Below, piece after piece: positions 58,976 through 64,000 of a DNA stretch of 64,000 nucleotides (positions are counted from its first letter, which is position 1; every line of letters starts with the position of its first letter). The DNA comes from an uncultured Bacteroidales bacterium. GTDB taxonomy: Bacteria > Bacteroidota > Bacteroidia > Bacteroidales > WCHB1-69. A model generated the notes under the pieces. The model worked only from the letters and a program-made list of their open reading frames with translations, made no database searches and was not told where the DNA came from. The translations under genes and the position numbers were made by a program. The stretch is taken from contig OMYJ01000015.1 in NCBI GenBank assembly GCA_900315245.1, positions 41,442 through 105,441 of the forward strand. The letters are read 5' to 3'.

Positions 58976-60748
58976 CTACGCCTGGAATCCGATACTTCCC
59001 CCGTTGCACCCGTTCCCGATCTTCTCGTGACGGCACAGCTCCTCGATTTCCGCCAAAGTAGGGCGGGTGCCGTGAAGCACTTCCTCCATCACGACCTTGC
59101 GGACGATGTTGTCGATCTCGCCGCCGGAGAAGTCGAACTTCGTGGCTAACGCCCGGCAATCCTCGTCGGGGAGCCACTCCAACTTGCTCTTCCAGATGCT
59201 CTGCTTGGCCTCCACCGTGGGCTGCCCGAACTCGACCTTGAACAGGAATCGGCGGGCGAAGGCGCTGTCGAGGTTGCCGGTGAGGTTGGTGGTGGCGATG
59301 AGGATGCCGTCGAGCTTCTCCATCTCCTCCAAGATGATGTTCTGGATGGCGTTCTCGGTCTGCGCCACACTGCTGGAGCCGCTGGCATTGTTGATGTTCT
59401 GGCGGCTGCTCAACAGAGCGTCGGCCTCGTTGAAGAGCAGGATGGGTTTCTGCTTCTCCTTCTCGCAAAGTCTGCGGTAGTTGGTGAAGATGCCCTTCAC
59501 GAGTTTCTGACTCTCACCGTACCAGCAGCTCTTTGCCGCGCTGATATCCACGTGGCACACCGCCCGCCCCGTGATGCGTGCAATCTGCATGGCTGTCTCG
59601 GTCTTGCCGGTGCCGGGCAGACCGTAGAACAAGGCGGCAACACCTTTCGGCATTGCCAGTTTCTCTAATTGATTTTGCAGTTCTGAAAATTTCTCTTCCA
59701 AAAGGTTTTCTTTGAGAAGTTCTAACTGCTCGGATTGTTCTTTGTCGTAGAACATGGACTTTTCCGCGATTTTGTCAGGATAAATCAAACTCTGACTGCG
59801 ATTGTCGGTGCTGAAAAGGTCGTAGTCTTCCTCTAAAAACAGCTGCTTACCCTTGTCGGTGAGAACGATGGATGCATCGGAAAACATGCTGCCTTGAGTT
59901 ACCTCAATGAGGCCGGCTTTTTGCAGTTCGTGCTCCCCTTCCTTGAGTTCTTTGGCCACATCGATTCTTAGGCACGTTTCTGCATAAATGTCTTTCAGGG
60001 TACACTCTATGTCGCTTTCACGATCACGAGTGGTGACGAAATCGTCGCAGACTTCGTAAAAAAGTGTGCGAACTTCTACGTCAAAATTCAGTTTGAGGAA
60101 GTTTTTTACAAAAGTGAGATTTTTGTGCTGCTTTTCCAAAGGTCCTATTTGTCTAAAGAGACGCAAGCTGGACACTTTCTCATTCTCCCGGCTTTCGATG
60201 AGATTCGAAACTGCATTTACGAACTTATAACGGTCAAAATCAGGTGCTTTAAGCGTTTTCAAATCCAACTTTTTGTCGTCGAAAATGGCCTCTTTCACCT
60301 GCGGATTAATAATATAGTCGTTTCTTTCACTGAACTGATGTGTCGTTTCAGCCAAAAAGATGCGTTTGCGCACCAGTTCTTCAAAGTCGTTTCTCATCAT
60401 CAGAAACTCCATGCTTTTGATGCCGAAAAACGAACAAATGTTGTCCTTGTCGAAGTCCTTGCGGTCAACATTTTGGGCGAAACCGGCCACGAAGATGGCT
60501 GCCTGTAACGGTGTAACAGCTAAAAAATCAGCAAGCTGTTTGTTTTTCAGTACCACTTGATCCACCATTTCGGATTTGTAACGAGGCTCGTCCGACACAA
60601 ACGATTCTCTTCTTTCACTGCGGCGTCTTGGCCGTTCATATTCCGGTAGTGTGCCCGGTGCAATGGCGTTAATCAATTGCGTTTCAGAGTCTTCCATCTG
60701 TACGGCGAGGAAGCTCAGAATCTGAATAAGGTTGTTTTTTTTCATCAT
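58976..60748 (-). CDS. AAA+ ATPase with large N-terminal region
   Basis: YGLPGTGKT (Walker A), LLFNEAD (Walker B variant), TTNL...LDSAFARRF and C-terminal IGF. Confidence 0.9.
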   Translation of the reverse strand: MMKKNNLIQILSFLAVQMEDSETQLINAIAPGTLPEYERPRRRSERRESFVSDEPRYKSEMVDQVVLKNKQLADFLAVTPLQAAIFVAGFAQNVDRKDFDKDNICSFFGIKSMEFLMMRNDFEELVRKRIFLAETTHQFSERNDYIINPQVKEAIFDDKKLDLKTLKAPDFDRYKFVNAVSNLIESRENEKVSSLRLFRQIGPLEKQHKNLTFVKNFLKLNFDVEVRTLFYEVCDDFVTTRDRESDIECTLKDIYAETCLRIDVAKELKEGEHELQKAGLIEVTQGSMFSDASIVLTDKGKQLFLEEDYDLFSTDNRSQSLIYPDKIAEKSMFYDKEQSEQLELLKENLLEEKFSELQNQLEKLAMPKGVAALFYGLPGTGKTETAMQIARITGRAVCHVDISAAKSCWYGESQKLVKGIFTNYRRLCEKEKQKPILLFNEADALLSSRQNINNASGSSSVAQTENAIQNIILEEMEKLDGILIATTNLTGNLDSAFARRFLFKVEFGQPTVEAKQSIWKSKLEWLPDEDCRALATKFDFSGGEIDNIVRKVVMEEVLHGTRPTLAEIEELCRHEKIGNGCNGGSIGFQA

Positions 60749-60766
60749 AATTACATTAATTTTGAC

Positions 60767-60808
60767 GCTGCAAAAATAAACCACCACTGTGCCATTCCAT
60801 AGCACAGT
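60767..60808 (-). promoter_or_regulatory. -7 promoter + extended operator for the AAA ATPase (operator copy 9)
   Basis: Plus strand: GCTGCAAAAATAAACCACCACTG TGCCA TTCCA TAGCA CAGT; extended palindrome ACTGTGC-N9-GCACAGT. Confidence 0.7.
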
Positions 60809-60853
60809 GAAAAATTCTGAATGAAAAACTTTGGCAACATAATTTTTCAACTC

Positions 60854-60887
60854 TGCCATCAACTTTCATACCATTTGCCTATCTTTG
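60854..60887 (+). promoter_or_regulatory. WYL gene promoter with operator half-site
   Basis: TATCTTTG at 60880-60887; TGCCA at 60854, 26 nt upstream, the same offset as in the nine boxed promoters (second half degenerate, TTTCA). Confidence 0.55.
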
Positions 60888-60913
60888 CCGCGTCGATTTT
60901 AAATCCAACAGTT

Positions 60914-61831
60914 ATGACAAAAGAGCTTATAAGAAAGTATATTTGGCTGATAGACACGGTGAACCAAGCAGGATTCGAGGGAATCACGTTCAGTACAATT
61001 CGTGACAAGTGGAAACGCAACGACTTGCTTTCTGGTGGGGAGGACTACCCCAAACGCTCGTTCCACAACCATGTGGCGGCGGTGCACGAGCTGTTCGGCA
61101 TCGAGATTGCCTGTCACAAAAGCACCAATTCCTACTATATCGCCAACAGTGGCGACCTGAAGGACAGCTCTGGTTTCAAAGGGTGGCTCCTCGATGCGCT
61201 GTCGCTCAACAGCCAACTGGAGGAGAGCAGCCAGCTGAAAGACCGCATCCTCCTGGAGGAGATCCCCTCCGGCAAGGAGTTCTTGCCCACCATCCTGGAG
61301 GCGATGCGCGATAATAAAATGCTGACATTCAGCTATAAACCGTTCTGGGTAGAAGATGACTACGTGTCGAATTTCTACCATGTGGAACCCTACGCGCTGA
61401 AGGTCTTCAAACGTCGGTGGTACCTGTTGGGCAAGTACGGCGACAGTCCGCTGAAAGTCTATGCGCTGGATAGGATGCAGGATATCGACATTGAGTTTGA
61501 GAGCTTCAATCTGCCCGCCGACTTCAACGCGGCAGAGTTCTTCGGCACCTGCTTCGGGGTGATGATGACTGAGGAGGAACCGCAGCTGATCAGGCTGAAG
61601 GTGGACGCCTTCCAGTCGAAATACTTGCGCACGCTGCCGTTGCACCCGTCGCAAGAGGAGGTCGAGCGCACGGAGGACTATTCCATCTTCACCTACTTTC
61701 TCCGTCCCACCTTCGACTTCATCCAAGAGTTGCTCTCGCTCGGCATCACCGCCGAGGTGCTATCTCCCAAGACGTTGCGCAACGAGATCGCCCGCATCGG
61801 CAAGACGGTCTGGAAGCACAACGGAAAGTAA
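60914..61831 (+). CDS. WYL-domain transcriptional regulator (wHTH-WYL-WCX)
   Basis: N-terminal wHTH (KYIWLIDTV...RSFHNH...ELFGIEI), VEPYALKVFKRRWYL..., YALDRM and C-terminal LPLHPSQ...LLSLG...EVLSP..LR. Confidence 0.92.
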   Translation: MTKELIRKYIWLIDTVNQAGFEGITFSTIRDKWKRNDLLSGGEDYPKRSFHNHVAAVHELFGIEIACHKSTNSYYIANSGDLKDSSGFKGWLLDALSLNSQLEESSQLKDRILLEEIPSGKEFLPTILEAMRDNKMLTFSYKPFWVEDDYVSNFYHVEPYALKVFKRRWYLLGKYGDSPLKVYALDRMQDIDIEFESFNLPADFNAAEFFGTCFGVMMTEEEPQLIRLKVDAFQSKYLRTLPLHPSQEEVERTEDYSIFTYFLRPTFDFIQELLSLGITAEVLSPKTLRNEIARIGKTVWKHNGK

Positions 61832-61836
61832 AAAAC

Positions 61837-61870
61837 AGTCCGGCATGGAAACCACCTCCCATGCCGGACT
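61837..61870. terminator. Bidirectional hairpin terminator, followed by AATTAC(A/T) heptamers (61873-61905)
   Basis: AGTCCGGCATGG-N10-CCATGCCGGACT between convergent genes. Confidence 0.75.
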
Positions 61871-61902
61871 ATAATTACAAATTACTAATTACTAATTACA
61901 AA

Positions 61903-64000
61903 TTATTTCAGCCCTCTGTTCTTCAGCAGCGGCTCGATAGACGGCTCCTGCCCGCGGAAAGCGAGGTAGAGATCGTGGACATCGGCGGTGTTGCCGCGCT
62001 CCAGAATGTTGGTGCGGAACGAGGTGGCCGTGGTCGGGTCGAAAATGCCGTGGTCCTTGAAGCACTGATAGGCATCGTTGTCCAGCACCGCCGACCAGGT
62101 GTAGCTGTAGTAGCCCGCGCCGTAGCCGCCGGCGAAGATGTGCTGGAAGTACGGACTTCTGTAACGGGAGATGATGGACGGGATCAGACCGATTTTGGCC
62201 ATCTGCTGCTCCTCGTAATCAGGCAATTGGATGCTGACAGGTGCAGTGACGGTATGGTAGTCCATGTCCAAAATGGAGGCGGCCAAGAGCTCGGTGTTGA
62301 TGAAGCCCTGACCGTAGGTGGCGGCGGCTTCGATCTTCTTGACTAACGCGTCGGGAATCAGCTCGCCGGTCTGGTAGTGGTGGGCATAGACCTTCAACAC
62401 CTCCGGCTCGAAGGCGAAGTGCTCCATAAACTGCGAAGGCATCTCCACGAAGTCGCGCGGGACGTTGGTGCCCGACAGGGTGGGGTAGTGGCAGCGCGAC
62501 AGAATGCTGTGCAAGGCGTGACCGAACTCATGATAGAGGGTCTGCGTCTCGTCGATGTTCAGCATGGAGGGCTTGTCGCCGACAGGTTTCGTGAAGTTGA
62601 AGACCAACGATACGATGGGGATGTGGTTGTTGCCGTCGCGGTCGTAGTATTGCTCGCGGAAGTTGGTCATCCACGCGCCGCTGCGCTTGCTCTCGCGCGG
62701 GAAGAAGTCCATATAGACCACCGCGATGACCTCGTTGTTGTCAATCACCTCGTAGGCCTTCACATCTTTGTGATACACAGGGATTTCCTCGTTTTCGCGG
62801 AAGGTGAGGCCGTAGAGACGCTCGCAGACGTAGAAGAGGCCTTTGCGGGCGGAATCGAGGGCGAGGTATGGACGGATGTCGTCATCGTTGAGGTCGTATT
62901 TCTCTTTGCGAAGCTTCTCCGTGTAATAACGCCAGTCGTAGGGTTGCAGGTCGCCGGAAATGCCGTCTTTGTTCATCATCTTCTGATAAATGGCGGCTTC
63001 CTCCTTTGCTTTGGCAAGGGCGGGCTCCCAAACTTTCATCAGCAGTTCATAGACATTGTCGGCGTTCTTGGCCATGCAGTCGTCCAAGACATAGTTGGCG
63101 TAGTTGTCGTAGCCGAGAATTTGTGCCTTTTCCAGTCGAAGGTTGACGATTTCGTTGATAATCTGTTTGTTGGAATTGTCACCATCCAAGCAACGGGTGG
63201 AGTAAGCCGTCCAGAGTTCCTTGCGCAGTTCGCGGTTCTGGCAGTTTTGGAGGAACGGCTCCATAGAGGGGATGTGTACCGTGAAGGCGTACTTGCCTTT
63301 GGCGTCCTTCATGTCGGCAGCGGCTTCTTTCGCGGCAGCCAACTGTCCCTCTGTCAGTCCTTTGAGGTCTTCTTCGTTATCCACGAACAAAGCGTAGGAG
63401 TTGGTGGCGGCGAGAACGTTGTTGCCGAATTTGAGGGTTAGCGAGGAGAGCTTTTCGTTGATCTCACGGAAGCGGTCCTGTTTGTCAGCGGGCACGTTCG
63501 CGCCACCGCGTTCGAAATCCTTGTAAATGACCTCCAACAGACGTTTTTGCTCTTCGTTGAGGTTTTCTTTGTCACGGTTGTTATAGACCGTTTTGATACG
63601 CTCGAACAGCTTGGCGTTCAGCATGATGTCGTCACCGTGACGGGTGAGCATCGGGAAGATGGTGTCGGAGAGCTTCTCCATTTCCGGGCTGTTCATGCAT
63701 TCGGCAAGGTTCATGAAGACGGCGGACACTTTGGTCAGCAGTTCGCCGCTGTATTCGTACGGGATGATGGTGTTGCCGAAAGTCGGTGCCTCGCTGTTGT
63801 CGCAGATGGCCTGGATGTTCTCCGCTTGCTGGCGCATACCTTCCTGGATAGCAGGTAGATAGTCGGAGGTTTTGATTTCATCGAAAGGCGGAACGCCGTA
63901 AGGGGTGTTCCACTCCTTCATGAAGGGGTTGTTGGCCAGATCGGGATTCTCGGCCGTTTTCTTCTTACACGCACCGCCCAGAACAGCGGTCGCTAACACT
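61903..64000 (-). CDS. dcp: M3 family metallopeptidase (peptidyl-dipeptidase Dcp), lipoprotein, 5'-partial
   Basis: NPFM.EW.TP.G.PPF, KRSGAWM, YHEFGHALH (HExxH), DFVEMPSQ and GYYSY.WS. Confidence 0.9.
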   Translation of the reverse strand, partial: VLATAVLGGACKKKTAENPDLANNPFMKEWNTPYGVPPFDEIKTSDYLPAIQEGMRQQAENIQAICDNSEAPTFGNTIIPYEYSGELLTKVSAVFMNLAECMNSPEMEKLSDTIFPMLTRHGDDIMLNAKLFERIKTVYNNRDKENLNEEQKRLLEVIYKDFERGGANVPADKQDRFREINEKLSSLTLKFGNNVLAATNSYALFVDNEEDLKGLTEGQLAAAKEAAADMKDAKGKYAFTVHIPSMEPFLQNCQNRELRKELWTAYSTRCLDGDNSNKQIINEIVNLRLEKAQILGYDNYANYVLDDCMAKNADNVYELLMKVWEPALAKAKEEAAIYQKMMNKDGISGDLQPYDWRYYTEKLRKEKYDLNDDDIRPYLALDSARKGLFYVCERLYGLTFRENEEIPVYHKDVKAYEVIDNNEVIAVVYMDFFPRESKRSGAWMTNFREQYYDRDGNNHIPIVSLVFNFTKPVGDKPSMLNIDETQTLYHEFGHALHSILSRCHYPTLSGTNVPRDFVEMPSQFMEHFAFEPEVLKVYAHHYQTGELIPDALVKKIEAAATYGQGFINTELLAASILDMDYHTVTAPVSIQLPDYEEQQMAKIGLIPSIISRYRSPYFQHIFAGGYGAGYYSYTWSAVLDNDAYQCFKDHGIFDPTTATSFRTNILERGNTADVHDLYLAFRGQEPSIEPLLKNRGLK

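Noticed and set aside
40000-59000. Prophage or ICE interpretation of the accessory array
   Set aside because: No integrase, relaxase, terminase, structural or conjugation genes, and no att-like terminal direct repeat was seen.

Overview
Bacteroidales-type chromosomal window, judged from TAnnTTTG(C) -7 promoter boxes, BACON and TonB-type proteins, and the sigma54-activator/LptE pair. All family calls come from reading motifs by eye; no database search was run. Left half (1-31.3 kb) is metabolic/core: a 5'-partial [FeFe]-hydrogenase, an S9 peptidase, an aryl-polyene/flexirubin-like gene set split by an opposite-strand porin-imelysin-diheme-CcsA operon, HdrB/HdrA-like genes, a GH29 fucosidase and ligA. 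Many gene junctions there are filled with 7-bp tandem repeats. The 31.6-39.8 kb zone holds an orphan CdiI-like gene, YafQ and HipA toxin-antitoxin pairs, a PLD-family gene and an ATPase. The most striking feature is a ~22 kb accessory array (40-61.8 kb) of minus-strand genes headed by a divergent AAA-ATPase/WYL-regulator pair. Nine of its promoters carry the same palindrome, TGCC(A/G)-N5-TGGCA, at an invariant distance from the -7 box, and the WYL gene's own promoter has a half-site at the same offset. The array also contains a 29-nt 5' leader repeated four times, REP-like hairpin mosaics, repeated gene stumps, a catalytically degenerate ParE ATPase fragment, two Sm/SH3-LRR paralogues, DUF262 and PD-(D/E)XK nucleases, RtcB and an ADP-ribosylglycohydrolase. 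My main hypothesis is a modular, shuffled WYL-controlled damage/defence regulon. No CRISPR array, rRNA, tRNA, integrase, transposase or reverse transcriptase was recognised.
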